Source of the DNA: Acutalibacteraceae bacterium
GTDB taxonomy: Bacteria > Bacillota > Clostridia > Oscillospirales > Acutalibacteraceae
Assembly (NCBI GenBank): GCA_045535475.1
Contig: JAZSLR010000074.1
Coordinates: forward strand, 3,989-67,988
Length of the DNA stretch: 64,000 nt
Reading direction: 5' to 3'
This document shows positions 28,166-38,098 of this stretch, in pieces. Each line of letters starts with the position of its first letter. The stretch's first letter is position 1. The translations under genes and the position numbers were made by a program. The notes beneath the pieces were generated by a model that ran no database searches, had not been told where the DNA came from, and saw only the letters and a program-made list of their open reading frames with translations.

Positions 28166-29305
28166 TTACTTTCTTACCGTTGCGCCGTTTTCAAACACAA
28201 CAACATAATCGCCGGGTTCGGAATCCGTTCTCACAGGATAATCCGTTGAGATAATGTTTGCGCCGCTTGCAAACGCATCTTCACGGTGTTTTTTGTTTAT
28301 CCGACCGAATTCATCCGAACGTGTACGAACCATAATTTTCTTTTCGTCAATAACCTCTTCCTTGATTTCAAGAAGCTCGTCGGGTTTGTTGCAAAGGATG
28401 AACGATGTGCAATCACGGTCGATATCCTTTTCCCTGAGCATCGGGAACATTGCCTGGGTTTTTATTGATTCATCAACAGCTATATATTTCTCTGTAACGC
28501 TGCCCTCGTGAAGAAGAACAACAACCTTTCCGAGCATATCTTTGACTTTGCACCAATCATCCGCAGCACGCATTTCGCCGAACGACTCATAATCTCTGAG
28601 CATATCCGCAGGGGTAAAAAGCTTTTCGCCGAGTCCATCTCTGAGCACCTCATCAAGAGCAAGTGCATAGTCGAGATTGAAATATTTCATATCCTTAAGA
28701 GGAAGAAAAGCTTTTTTCGGCTCAATGATAATTGTTATGGGAAGATGGTCGGGATTATTATCCGACCACATGGTAATTTCCTTAAGTGCAAGCCAAAAAT
28801 CATAGCAAGAGGTTGACATTTCAAAATAAGGATTGTGCATACAGGTGAAGGAAATATCGCCGTCACGGTTAAAGGTTTCAATATCAATTTCAAGGCTGCG
28901 AATTCCGCAATTTAGCTGCTGAGTCAGAGTTTCGCTTTCAAACTCGATTTTTTTCGGATTGTAAATTCCGAACGTAAGGTCTGAAAGAGTGCCGTGGAGT
29001 TTTTTAGTTTCATCGATAGCAGCGGTCTGGTAGCTGTTATGAGTGGCAAGAAAGCTCATTTCGTTAAACTTTATGCCTGCCTCAAGCTCGGCATCAAGGT
29101 CGCCTGCAAAAAACGAGCTTTCGTCAACGGGTGCAATCTCCCCCTTTGCGTAAGCCTGCTCAAGTTCACCGATGCGTTTCACCTGCATTGCGACATCCTC
29201 TTCAAGTCTGTCAAGGCTTGCAGGGAACACCGAAATGAAGGCAATAATAACCGAAAAAAGTGCAATCACAAATCGGATAACACGGTTTAAAACGTTCGAA
29301 ATCAT
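28166..29305 (-). CDS. Phosphoinositide-specific phospholipase C-like phosphodiesterase (PI-PLC fold)
   Basis: THNSY, QL..GIRSLEIDI, WSD.NPDHLPI.I.IEPK, VRTRSD, SGANIISTDYP; N-terminal hydrophobic anchor. Confidence 0.8.
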   Translation of the reverse strand: MISNVLNRVIRFVIALFSVIIAFISVFPASLDRLEEDVAMQVKRIGELEQAYAKGEIAPVDESSFFAGDLDAELEAGIKFNEMSFLATHNSYQTAAIDETKKLHGTLSDLTFGIYNPKKIEFESETLTQQLNCGIRSLEIDIETFNRDGDISFTCMHNPYFEMSTSCYDFWLALKEITMWSDNNPDHLPITIIIEPKKAFLPLKDMKYFNLDYALALDEVLRDGLGEKLFTPADMLRDYESFGEMRAADDWCKVKDMLGKVVVLLHEGSVTEKYIAVDESIKTQAMFPMLREKDIDRDCTSFILCNKPDELLEIKEEVIDEKKIMVRTRSDEFGRINKKHREDAFASGANIISTDYPVRTDSEPGDYVVVFENGATVRK

Positions 29306-29328
29306 TTTTCTCTCTCCAGATTATATTC

Positions 29329-30966
29329 TTACAGCTTCTCGGCATATGCAAGAGCTTCGTCGATGTTGGGCAGGAAGTTTTCCTCGCCGAGTTCATCGTA
29401 AAAGCCTGCTTTTTTCATAACCGAAAGAGGCTGTTCATTTGTGTGTGAAAGAATGAGTGTGAAGTTATTCTTCTTGCAGTAGTTGTAGATTGCATAAAGA
29501 GATTCCATTGCCGTTGCATCAAGTGACGGAACGTTTCTCATTCTGAGGATAACGGTTTTTACACCGTCTTTAACGGGTACGGAACTGAATTTTTCGCTCG
29601 ATGCGAAGAACATCGGTCCTTCAAATTCAACAACCTCCGTGTGGTCGGGAATAATCTTCATTCTTTCGCTGTCTGCGGATATATCTTCGCCGTGTGAAGT
29701 CCAGGTTCTGACCTTCGCAACGTCAGCCATTCTCTTCATAAAGAGCACAACTGAAATCAGCATACCGACCTCGATTGCAACTACGAGGTCAAAAACAACA
29801 GTCAGCACAAATGTTACAACAAGAACGAGTATATCGCTCTTGGGAGCGGTTTTGCAAATCTTCACGAACTTACGCCATTCGCACATATTATAGGCGACCA
29901 TAAAGAGGATTGCGGCGATAACGGGCATAGGAATCCAGGCGGCATAGGGCATAAGAACAACGAGAATAAGAAGCAGGACAGCAGCGTGAACAATGCCCGA
30001 AATCGGTGTGCGTCCGCCGTTTTTGACGTTTGCAGCGGTTCTTGCAATTGCACCCGTTGCGGGAATGCCGCCGAAAAGTCCTGAGCAGATATTACCGACA
30101 CCCTGGGCAATAAGCTCTGTGTTGGAATTATGTTTATCGTTAATCATTCCGTCCGAAACGACGCAGGAAAGAAGGGATTCGATGCCTGCAAGAATTGCAA
30201 TCGTGAACGCGCTCGGAACAAGCTGTTTTATTGTGTTGAAATTAAATGCGGGAAGTGAGAATGAAGGCAGGTCGCGTGAAATTGTATAAAGGTCGCCGAC
30301 TGTATTTACTTCCATATCAAGTGCCTTTACCATCACCACGCCCACAACAACCGCAATCAGCGAACCGGGAATTTTTTTGCTGATTTTCGGCCACACAATA
30401 AGCACAGCCATTGCAACCGCACCCACAACAAGCGCCTGCCAATTGAATGTTGCAATTGACTTTGCAACCGCCTCCAGCTTTTCAACGGTTTCAACCGCGT
30501 GCGTGCCCTCGGGGAATGTAAGACCGAGAAAATCCTTGATCTGACCGATAACTATTGTCAGCGCGATACCCGAGGTGAAGCCTGTTGTTATCGTTGACGG
30601 AATGTATTTGATGAGCGAACCGAATTTAAAGATACCCATTATAATAAGTATAAGACCTGCCATAATGGTTGCAATAACGAGTCCGCTTGTTCCGAATTGA
30701 GCGACAATGCCCGCAACAATTGTTGCGAATGCCGCCGTCGGACCCGAAATATTCACGTTACTGCCGCCGAGGAAGGCAATAACAAAACCTGCGATAATGG
30801 CGGTGTAAAGACCTTTTTCGGGTGACACGCCCGATGCAATTGCAAGCGCAATCGAAAGCGGAAGAGCAATGATTGCAACGATGACACCCGCAATCAGGTC
30901 GTTTGCGAATTTTTTGCCGCTGTAACCTTTAAGCGACGAAAAAAGTTTCGGCTGAAATATGTTCAT
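29329..30966 (-). CDS. SulP family inorganic anion transporter with STAS domain
   Basis: DLIAGVIVAIIALPLSIA, ISGPT, ESLLS, ELIAQG..N, PATGAIART; STAS GPMFF...ILRMRNVP.LDAT. Confidence 0.93.
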   Translation of the reverse strand: MNIFQPKLFSSLKGYSGKKFANDLIAGVIVAIIALPLSIALAIASGVSPEKGLYTAIIAGFVIAFLGGSNVNISGPTAAFATIVAGIVAQFGTSGLVIATIMAGLILIIMGIFKFGSLIKYIPSTITTGFTSGIALTIVIGQIKDFLGLTFPEGTHAVETVEKLEAVAKSIATFNWQALVVGAVAMAVLIVWPKISKKIPGSLIAVVVGVVMVKALDMEVNTVGDLYTISRDLPSFSLPAFNFNTIKQLVPSAFTIAILAGIESLLSCVVSDGMINDKHNSNTELIAQGVGNICSGLFGGIPATGAIARTAANVKNGGRTPISGIVHAAVLLLILVVLMPYAAWIPMPVIAAILFMVAYNMCEWRKFVKICKTAPKSDILVLVVTFVLTVVFDLVVAIEVGMLISVVLFMKRMADVAKVRTWTSHGEDISADSERMKIIPDHTEVVEFEGPMFFASSEKFSSVPVKDGVKTVILRMRNVPSLDATAMESLYAIYNYCKKNNFTLILSHTNEQPLSVMKKAGFYDELGEENFLPNIDEALAYAEKL

Positions 30967-31143
30967 AGCAAAACCTCTTATATAAAAGAATCCGGCACAA
31001 ACACAGCTTGTACCGGATTTTTATTATACGCTTTTTTCATTGATTTGCAATGATTTTCACCAAGATTTTTGAGCATTTCCTCAATTTCGGAAGATGTCAC
31101 AATCAAAGCATTTTTTCATTGCGGTTTGGTGGGCAGTTTTTTG

Positions 31144-31725
31144 TTAAGAAAGCTCACCTTGAGCCCAATCAACAATCGCTTTAATTGTCAGATATGCGTA
31201 ATAAGGAGACAACACAACCGATGCAATCGGAGCTAATACACCGTAGGTAAAGGTAAACGACCCAAGCAATTGCATTTCAGCCAGAAACATTTCAAATTCT
31301 TTCTTGCGTTTCTCTTTTTCTTCCTGTTTCTTTTCTTCTTCCGTTCTCGTGTCAAGAACAGTTATCTGAATTTCATCACTTGCAATAACCTGATTATATG
31401 AAATCAAGCTCATTTTAACTGTAATTGTACCGTGAGAAACGGCAGTTATCCTTATTCCGTCCTCCTTAATAAAACCAAGGCTTTCGTATTTTCCGTTTGT
31501 TCCGCCCCCGCTTATATCCCAATCAAATGAACAGGATCGATAGTCACCTTTGTCAAAATCCAAATACAGCTCTACGGATTCACCCGGAAGAATTACCGTT
31601 TTAAAACCTTCCTTCAGCTTTATTTCGCAATACGGCGTAACCCTTTCATCCGCAAATGCAGTCATCGGAATAACCGCAAGAACCATAACGAAACACATAA
31701 AAATTGATAAGACTTTCCTTTTCAT
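31144..31725 (-). CDS. Hypothetical exported protein
   Basis: Signal peptide MKRKVLSIFMCFVMVLAVIPMTAFA, beta-rich region, charged linker, hydrophobic C-terminal segment. Confidence 0.65.
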   Translation of the reverse strand: MKRKVLSIFMCFVMVLAVIPMTAFADERVTPYCEIKLKEGFKTVILPGESVELYLDFDKGDYRSCSFDWDISGGGTNGKYESLGFIKEDGIRITAVSHGTITVKMSLISYNQVIASDEIQITVLDTRTEEEKKQEEKEKRKKEFEMFLAEMQLLGSFTFTYGVLAPIASVVLSPYYAYLTIKAIVDWAQGELS

Positions 31726-31880
31726 AATAAGTCCCCCTAAAATATTTTTTGGTAAAATTTTCATTTACCGATTATATTGTAGAAAAACAAATTCTAATAT
31801 TCAAGAAGGTAAAGCATTAAGACTTCTCTAAAATTTTATTAAGAAATTATAAAAATAACGGGTGCAAAAGCACCCGTTAA

Positions 31881-33044
31881 TCACATCTGTTCTAAAATAT
31901 ACTGTTTAACATCCTCGAGCTTGCTTTTTTTCCACTCGCCCGTTTCCGCCTTTTCGGCAAGCGGGCAAAGAATGAAGAAATCAAGCGTTTCACCCGGCAC
32001 TCTGCCCGTCCTGAGCGGCTCGGCAAAATGCTCCGCCCATTCTTCTTCTGTTGCATCCTTGAAGCGTGCGGGGTTAAGATAGGTCATCTGACGCTTTGTT
32101 GCAGCAATGTGCATCTTTGCCGAAAGCGGTGAAAGAAGATTGAATTCCTCCTCTTGCACATCAACAAAGATTCTCGGCAGCTCCGCTTTTACAACGTGTT
32201 CGGGTCCTCTGAGAATTTCAAGACCCATCGGCTCCCACGAAAATTCAGTTTCGGTAAAATTCAGTTTCACAAGCAGACCGAACTCCGTATTGAACTGCGA
32301 ACGCTGATAATCCGTATCAAAAATAAAATTGCCGAGTGAGTAGAATATTATCTTATCCCCTACCGTTTCATAATTCATCGGCACGTGCGGATGATGACCG
32401 ATAACGATATCCGCACCCATTTCGAGATACAAGCGGTAACGCTCTCTTGTGTAGGGCGACGGAAGCGGAGTGAATTCCTCGCCTGCGTGAGCAACAACCA
32501 CACACCAGCGGCAGGTCTTTTTGATTTCGTTTATGGTATTCTGAATCTCGTCAAGGTCGCTCCAGCTGTAGCATCCTGCCTTGTTTTCATCCGCTTTTCT
32601 GCACGCACGCTGATATCCGACGCCAAACATACCGATTCCGCCCGCTTCACCAAGAATAACGGGCTTTCTTGCCTCGTGAATATCCATTCCCGCGCCGATA
32701 GTCTTAACACCGTTTTCGGCGGCGATTTCAAGAGTTGCCCTGATGCCGTATTCACCTGCATCCATAATATGATTGTTGCAGATGTTCCAGATGTCGGCAT
32801 TCATTTTTCTGAGAACCTTTACGGCTTCAGGGTCGATGGTATGAAGAAGCTGCTGAACGCCGTCCTTGGTCGTGTTCTGCTCAACAGGCGCAACGGGACC
32901 CTCAACATTAGCAATAACGTGGTCGGCACTGCGAAGAAATTCAAGCACTTCGTCCGAAATAAGCGCGCTGTCATCCCATTTGCCGTACATATATCTGTCA
33001 AAACCGATATCACCGGTAAAAACCAGGGTTGATTTGTCTTTCAT
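31881..33044 (-). CDS. CapA/PgsA family metallophosphatase
   Basis: FTGDI, ANVEGP, NNHIMDAG, H.GEE, GAD.VIGHHPHV, YSLGNFIFD. Confidence 0.88.
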   Translation of the reverse strand: MKDKSTLVFTGDIGFDRYMYGKWDDSALISDEVLEFLRSADHVIANVEGPVAPVEQNTTKDGVQQLLHTIDPEAVKVLRKMNADIWNICNNHIMDAGEYGIRATLEIAAENGVKTIGAGMDIHEARKPVILGEAGGIGMFGVGYQRACRKADENKAGCYSWSDLDEIQNTINEIKKTCRWCVVVAHAGEEFTPLPSPYTRERYRLYLEMGADIVIGHHPHVPMNYETVGDKIIFYSLGNFIFDTDYQRSQFNTEFGLLVKLNFTETEFSWEPMGLEILRGPEHVVKAELPRIFVDVQEEEFNLLSPLSAKMHIAATKRQMTYLNPARFKDATEEEWAEHFAEPLRTGRVPGETLDFFILCPLAEKAETGEWKKSKLEDVKQYILEQM

Positions 33045-33157
33045 TGTGTTTTCCTTTCAGAAATTAAGGATAATATCATAATATCACAGCAATATAAAAA
33101 GAGCAACAAAAATTTGAGATGCCACAATTTCTCATAAAGATAATTAAATCTTTCGAC

Positions 33158-33272
33158 TTGCGCCCGAAGGGATTCGATTCGCGCCGCTGCGGCGGCTTGG
33201 TCGCTCGCGGTCACAACAGTCCACCGGACTGTTGCTCTGTGCCGCTCGTCCTTCGAATCCCTTCGGATGCAA
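33158..33272. repeat. 115-bp palindromic element with tRNA-derived terminal inverted repeats
   Basis: Ends 33158-33177 and 33253-33272 are 18/20 inverted; 33161-33177 is identical to tRNA 33322-33338; internal hairpin CAACAGTCC-ACC-GGACTGTTG. Confidence 0.8.
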
Positions 33273-33280
33273 TTCTTCCA

Positions 33281-33316
33281 AAGAAAAAAAGACGGTTTCC
33301 ACCGTCTTTTTTTCTT
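33281..33316 (-). terminator. Terminator immediately after tRNA-Arg
   Basis: AAGAAAAAAAGACGG-TTTCCA-CCGTCTTTTTTTCTT. Confidence 0.8.
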
Positions 33317-33393
33317 TGGCCCGCCCGAAGGGATTCGAACCCCCGTTCTTCAGAATCGGAATCTGCTGCGTTATCCTGCTGCGCCACGGGCGG
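33317..33393 (-). tRNA. tRNA-Arg(CCG)
   Basis: Minus strand CCGCCCG acceptor stem; anticodon loop TT-CCG-AT; GGTTCGAATCC T-arm; encoded CCA; 77 nt. Confidence 0.93.
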
Positions 33394-33440
33394 AAATATA
33401 TCTTGCAAGGGTCGGTGTTGAGTCGACCCTTGCGTTTTTA

Positions 33441-34460
33441 TTATTTAATCTTTTCAATAACCTCACCCGAAGTGGGTTTGATTTTATCAATAAATTCCTG
33501 AACGGCTTCTGCAGAAGGCATAGCCGCCGAGCAGCTGTGAGCCGAAACAAGCATTGATGCGGATGCAGTTGCGAATTCAAGCGCATCGGGAATGCTCTTG
33601 CCGTTAAGGAGAGAATAGATGAACGCCGAGGCATAGCCGTCGCCGCCGCCGAAACCTTTAAGCATCTTTACGGGGAAGGGCTTTACCTTATAAGCCGAGC
33701 CGTCGTTGAGATAGGCAACGGAGCCTTCCTTGCCGTGCTTGATAATAACAATCTTGTTGCCGTAGGAGAACCAGCGAGCTGCGGATTCTTCGTCGCTTGC
33801 GCATACACCTTCAACAGCTTCGGTGAGGTCAAATTCTTCTCTTGAACCGAGAACGATGTCACTGTTCTTTGCGGCGATTGAATAATAGAGCGAAATTTCG
33901 TCCTTATTCTTCCAGGTATAGCTTCTGTAGTCGATATCAAAGATAACAACAACGCCGTTTTTCTTTGCAAGGAAAAGAGTCTTGAGAGCTGCTTCTCTTG
34001 AAGGGCTTGCGCAGAGAGCCGTACCCGAAATAACAACAGCCTTTGCGCTCTTTATATATTCCTCGTCAACGTCGTCAACGCAAACCTGAAGGTCTGCAAC
34101 GCCTTCACGGTACATAAGAATACTGCTCTGGGTGGGGCTGAGAATTTCGGTGAAGGTCAGACCGAGATTCTCGCCGTTTTCGCATCTGAAAACGTGTGAA
34201 ACATCGATGCCGTCGTTCTTGAAATAATTCTCGACATAATCGCCGAACTGGTCATCGGATACTCTTGCAATAAAGCCGCACTTTGCGCCGAGTCTTGCAA
34301 GACCGACAGCGATATTTGCAGGTGAGCCGCCGACATACTTATTGAAATTGCTGCTTTTGGAAAGCGGCATATTCATATCGGTGGGGTTGAAGTCGATTGC
34401 AATTCGTCCGATGGGGATTACATCAAGAGGCTTTGTTTTATCAAATTCAATATAGCTCAT
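33441..34460 (-). CDS. iolC: 5-dehydro-2-deoxygluconokinase
   Basis: IGRIAIDFNP, KYVGGSPANIAVG, FDIDYR..W, KGFGGGDGYAS (IolC-type PfkB kinase). Confidence 0.9.
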   Translation of the reverse strand: MSYIEFDKTKPLDVIPIGRIAIDFNPTDMNMPLSKSSNFNKYVGGSPANIAVGLARLGAKCGFIARVSDDQFGDYVENYFKNDGIDVSHVFRCENGENLGLTFTEILSPTQSSILMYREGVADLQVCVDDVDEEYIKSAKAVVISGTALCASPSREAALKTLFLAKKNGVVVIFDIDYRSYTWKNKDEISLYYSIAAKNSDIVLGSREEFDLTEAVEGVCASDEESAARWFSYGNKIVIIKHGKEGSVAYLNDGSAYKVKPFPVKMLKGFGGGDGYASAFIYSLLNGKSIPDALEFATASASMLVSAHSCSAAMPSAEAVQEFIDKIKPTSGEVIEKIK

Positions 34461-34481
34461 TTATATTCATCCTTTCGTGCA

Positions 34482-35327
34482 TTATGCTCTGTTTGCACAG
34501 CCGAATATTTCTATATGCTTCATTGCGTTTTTATATGCACCGTCAACCTCTGCAGTCTGTAAATCGTAGTAGCCTTTAATTTCTGCATTATCATAAGCCT
34601 CTCTTACGCTCTGCTCAACCGAATCAAAGGTTGCGGTTGCAATATTTATCTTATTTATTCCGAGTGAGATGCACTTTCTGAAATCATCGGGCAGAATACC
34701 CGTTCCGCCGTGAAGAACAAGCGGTACTTTGACAAGCGATGCCGTCTGTTCAAGAATATCAAAGCGGAGCTTCGGAGCCTGCTTATAGTTTCCGTGTGCG
34801 TTGCCGATTGCAACGGCAAGTGCATCAACCTTTGTTTTTTCATAAAATTCAAGTGCCTGAGCAGGAGATGTGCAGTTGATTGCGATATCCTCACTGCCGT
34901 CTTCACTTCCGCCGACACAGCCGATTTCGCCTTCACAGTCTGCGCCGTATTCAGCCGCAAGCTTTTTCACCTCTGCGGTTATGCGTGCGTTTTCTTCAAA
35001 CGGAAGATGCGAGCCGTCAAACATAACGCTCGTGAATCCGATGTCAAGCGCTTGCTTGATTTTTTCGGTTGTCTTGCCGTGATCAAAATGAACCGCAACG
35101 GGCACCGAGGCATTCTTTGCCGCGGCAACCATAAGAGGTCCGATAATTCCGAGCGGCGAATGGTTGAGCCTTACCTCCGCAATCTGAAGAATTGCGGGGC
35201 TTTTTGTTTCTTCAATCGCTTTCAGAACACCGAGTACCATTTCCATATTCGCAACGCTGAAGCTTCCGACGGCATATCTGCCTTCTCTTGCTTTTGAAAG
35301 AAGGGTTGACATATTAACCAATGGCAT
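34482..35327 (-). CDS. Class II fructose-bisphosphate aldolase family protein (IolJ-like by context)
   Basis: VHFDHG, SVMFDGS, EGEIG, AIGNAHG, VLHGGTG, KINI; directly upstream of iolC. Confidence 0.85.
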   Translation of the reverse strand: MPLVNMSTLLSKAREGRYAVGSFSVANMEMVLGVLKAIEETKSPAILQIAEVRLNHSPLGIIGPLMVAAAKNASVPVAVHFDHGKTTEKIKQALDIGFTSVMFDGSHLPFEENARITAEVKKLAAEYGADCEGEIGCVGGSEDGSEDIAINCTSPAQALEFYEKTKVDALAVAIGNAHGNYKQAPKLRFDILEQTASLVKVPLVLHGGTGILPDDFRKCISLGINKINIATATFDSVEQSVREAYDNAEIKGYYDLQTAEVDGAYKNAMKHIEIFGCANRA

Positions 35328-36465
35328 CTGTTTTTTCTCCCTTCATATAAATTGCAGCACATACCGCGCTTGTCAGAGGCAGGGTAAGAAGCATACCCAT
35401 ACTGCCTGCGAGCGCCTGAAGAATTTCGGCAACTATCATTTCTTTGTTGACGACCTGCTCAATGCTTGCGTTATACGCAACAAGAAGAAGCACGCTTGTC
35501 AGCGAGCTGCCGATATAAGCAAGAACAAGGGTGTTTGCCATTGTTCCCATCATATCTCTGCCGATGGTAAAGCCCGATTTCATAAGTTCCTTGGGCAGGA
35601 TATCGGGAGATTTTATTCTCAGCTCATATAGTGACGATGAAATGGACATCGAAACGTCCATAACCGCACCGACCGCACCGACAATAATCATCGCAAAAAT
35701 AATTGCCTTTAGGTTTATGGGATTATCGGGGTAAAGCTGGATGAGATAGACCGACTCTTCCTCCAGCAGACCCGTCATATTCAGAAATTTATCCGTAATA
35801 AGCACAATCAGTCCCGAGCAAAGCACGCCGCATACGCAGCCGATACCTGCACAGAGAGATTTGACGTTGAAGCCGCTGATTATGCAAAGAGTCATCACCG
35901 TTATGAACACACAGACGGCGATTGACCAAAAATAAATGTTGTGTCCGTTAAGAATGGCAGGGATAAGCACAACAAAAACGGAAAGGCAGGTAAATCCGAG
36001 GGAGATTACTGTTTTAAGTCCCTGCATTCTTGAAAATACAATCACGAGAATACAGAAAATCACGAGCAACCACAAAAGCGGAGTTATACGCACAAAGTCG
36101 CCGAAATAATACTGCATTTCGCCGTCCTGTGTATAGCCTTCAACAAGGATTGTATCGCCTTGCTCAACCTGCTTGGGGCTGAAAGCATATGCTTTGTCAA
36201 TCTCCTGCACAACGTCGAGAGTCTTTCCCCTCATAGAAGTGTTAAGCGCCTGCGCCCTGAAGCTGACCGTAACAAATTCGTTTTCGCCGCTGACATTCTG
36301 AACACTAACGTCGGTAACGCGTATAACCCTGCACTTTATCGTTTCGCCTTCCATAGTGCCTTTGAAAATCGTGCCGTCACCGACTATGCCAAGGTAGGCG
36401 AGAAAAATAAGCAAAGCCGAAACGAAAACAGCAATTATCTGATAAACCGCCTGCTTATTTTTCAT
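35314..36465 (-). CDS. YibE/F family membrane protein
   Basis: GAVMDVSMSISS..E, SG..IGRDMMGTM.NTL.LAY.G motif. Confidence 0.88.
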   Translation of the reverse strand: MKNKQAVYQIIAVFVSALLIFLAYLGIVGDGTIFKGTMEGETIKCRVIRVTDVSVQNVSGENEFVTVSFRAQALNTSMRGKTLDVVQEIDKAYAFSPKQVEQGDTILVEGYTQDGEMQYYFGDFVRITPLLWLLVIFCILVIVFSRMQGLKTVISLGFTCLSVFVVLIPAILNGHNIYFWSIAVCVFITVMTLCIISGFNVKSLCAGIGCVCGVLCSGLIVLITDKFLNMTGLLEEESVYLIQLYPDNPINLKAIIFAMIIVGAVGAVMDVSMSISSSLYELRIKSPDILPKELMKSGFTIGRDMMGTMANTLVLAYIGSSLTSVLLLVAYNASIEQVVNKEMIVAEILQALAGSMGMLLTLPLTSAVCAAIYMKGEKTDAIG

Positions 36466-36486
36466 TATGCCACCTCTTTTTTGAAA

Positions 36487-38076
36487 TTATTTTGAAACCT
36501 TTTCTTTTCTTGCTTCGATTTCAGCAACCATCTGTGCCTGTTTCTTCTCTGTGATTGTGTAGAAGAGCATAGGAATTGCGCAGGCAAACATACTGATAAC
36601 ACCTGAAAGAACAAGCATATTCCAAAGAGTGTTTGCGCCTTCTGCGGAAATATAACCGGTTTCGGAGTTGATGCCTGCAGCAGAGAAGGAGATAACGCCG
36701 ATAAATGCGCCTACTGCCATACCGATCTTGTTGATAAGAGTCTGCATTGCAAAGCAGATGCCTTCGCCTCTCTCGCCTGTTTTCCATTCAAGATAGTCAA
36801 CTGTATCACCGATCATTGCATAGGTCATAATGTTGTTGACACCCTGGGGAATGCCGAGAAGAACAAGACCGATTGCCGCAACAACGAGCTTCCACGGTGC
36901 ATCATAGCCTACGAAGTACATTACTGCCATAACTACGCCGCCGAAAAGGTGAACTGCGATATATGCCCACTTCTTTGTGAACTTCTTTGAAAGCCAGGGA
37001 ACAAGAATCGATGCAACAAGTCCGCCGGGAACAACAAGAAGAGTGATAAGGCTGTACATACCTTCATTCTGAAGAACATACTTTGCAAAGTAAAGGCCAC
37101 CTGTGTAGGTATAAACAGTTCTTGCACCGCCGAGAATACCGGAAAGAACAATGAGAAGAAGCTCTTTATTCTTAAAGAGGAGCTGAAGATTATGTACGAA
37201 TGAAGGTGCTTCGCCTTCTGCGGTGAAACGCTCTTTTGTGTTTTTGAAGCCGTAGAAGAACATAGGAACAGCTGCGATAACGAGAACAACAGCGCAGATG
37301 AAATATGTCATCTTAAGAGTATCTGCATTCGCAAGCTCCTGACCTTTAATAACGGTTCCGACGAAGGTCTGTGCAGCTTCTTCAGCGGTGATACCCTGAT
37401 TGAGAACCATCTTTGCAATAGCATCAGCCTTGTCAACCATAATTCGGGCAAGGTCATCAGCTGTATACTTGAACTTTGAGGTTACGCCGTTTGTGATGAT
37501 AGGAACAAAAACTGTAACGATACCTGCACCGAGTGTGCATACAAGTCTTGTTACGGTAAGGATATTTCCTCTGACTACGGTGTCGTTGGTCATACAGGTT
37601 GAAAGTCCCCAGTAAGGTACATCGGCAACGGTATAAACAACACACCATACAACATAGATTGCCGAAATGATAACGAATGATGAAAGTGCCTTTGATTCAA
37701 AGAAAGGAAGGAAGCAGGCAACAGTCATTATTGCGATGGGAATTGCCATCCACTTGAGATAGGGACGGCATTTGCCCCACTTTGTACGTGTCTTGTCAAC
37801 AATCGAACCCATAATGGGGTCGTTGAATGCGTCAAAAACGCGGGTGCCGAGCATAAGATATGCAACTGCCATTGAACCGCTGATAGCGCCGATTTTTACA
37901 CCCTCTGCACCGAAAAGAAGAGCATCGGTGAGGAAGATTGTGAGGTATGAGCCGATGATGGTGCAGATAAAGTTCTGACCGAAGCCGGCTACGCTGTAGG
38001 CAATAGCCTCTTTGGGCTGTACGCCCTTGCCCGGAGTTGTTCCGAACAGCTTGTGGAAGAATCCGTCGAGTTTCAT
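36487..38076 (-). CDS. GPH family sugar:cation symporter
   Basis: RVFDAFNDPIMG.IVDKTRTKWGKCRPY; DTVDYLEWKTGERGEG; start reassigned to ATG 38076. Confidence 0.9.
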   Translation of the reverse strand: MKLDGFFHKLFGTTPGKGVQPKEAIAYSVAGFGQNFICTIIGSYLTIFLTDALLFGAEGVKIGAISGSMAVAYLMLGTRVFDAFNDPIMGSIVDKTRTKWGKCRPYLKWMAIPIAIMTVACFLPFFESKALSSFVIISAIYVVWCVVYTVADVPYWGLSTCMTNDTVVRGNILTVTRLVCTLGAGIVTVFVPIITNGVTSKFKYTADDLARIMVDKADAIAKMVLNQGITAEEAAQTFVGTVIKGQELANADTLKMTYFICAVVLVIAAVPMFFYGFKNTKERFTAEGEAPSFVHNLQLLFKNKELLLIVLSGILGGARTVYTYTGGLYFAKYVLQNEGMYSLITLLVVPGGLVASILVPWLSKKFTKKWAYIAVHLFGGVVMAVMYFVGYDAPWKLVVAAIGLVLLGIPQGVNNIMTYAMIGDTVDYLEWKTGERGEGICFAMQTLINKIGMAVGAFIGVISFSAAGINSETGYISAEGANTLWNMLVLSGVISMFACAIPMLFYTITEKKQAQMVAEIEARKEKVSK

Positions 38077-38098
38077 TTTTCTGGTTTTCCTTTCATCT

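Noticed and set aside
32385-33032. 215-aa plus-strand ORF
   Set aside because: Antisense shadow of the CapA-family gene
33161-33338. Genomic island bounded by tRNA att repeats
   Set aside because: The direct repeats are only 161 bp apart with no genes between; kept as a miniature element instead
33119-33634. Several short ORFs over the tRNA region
   Set aside because: They overlap the tRNA, GC-rich palindromes and the iolC end; openness is explained by these sequences
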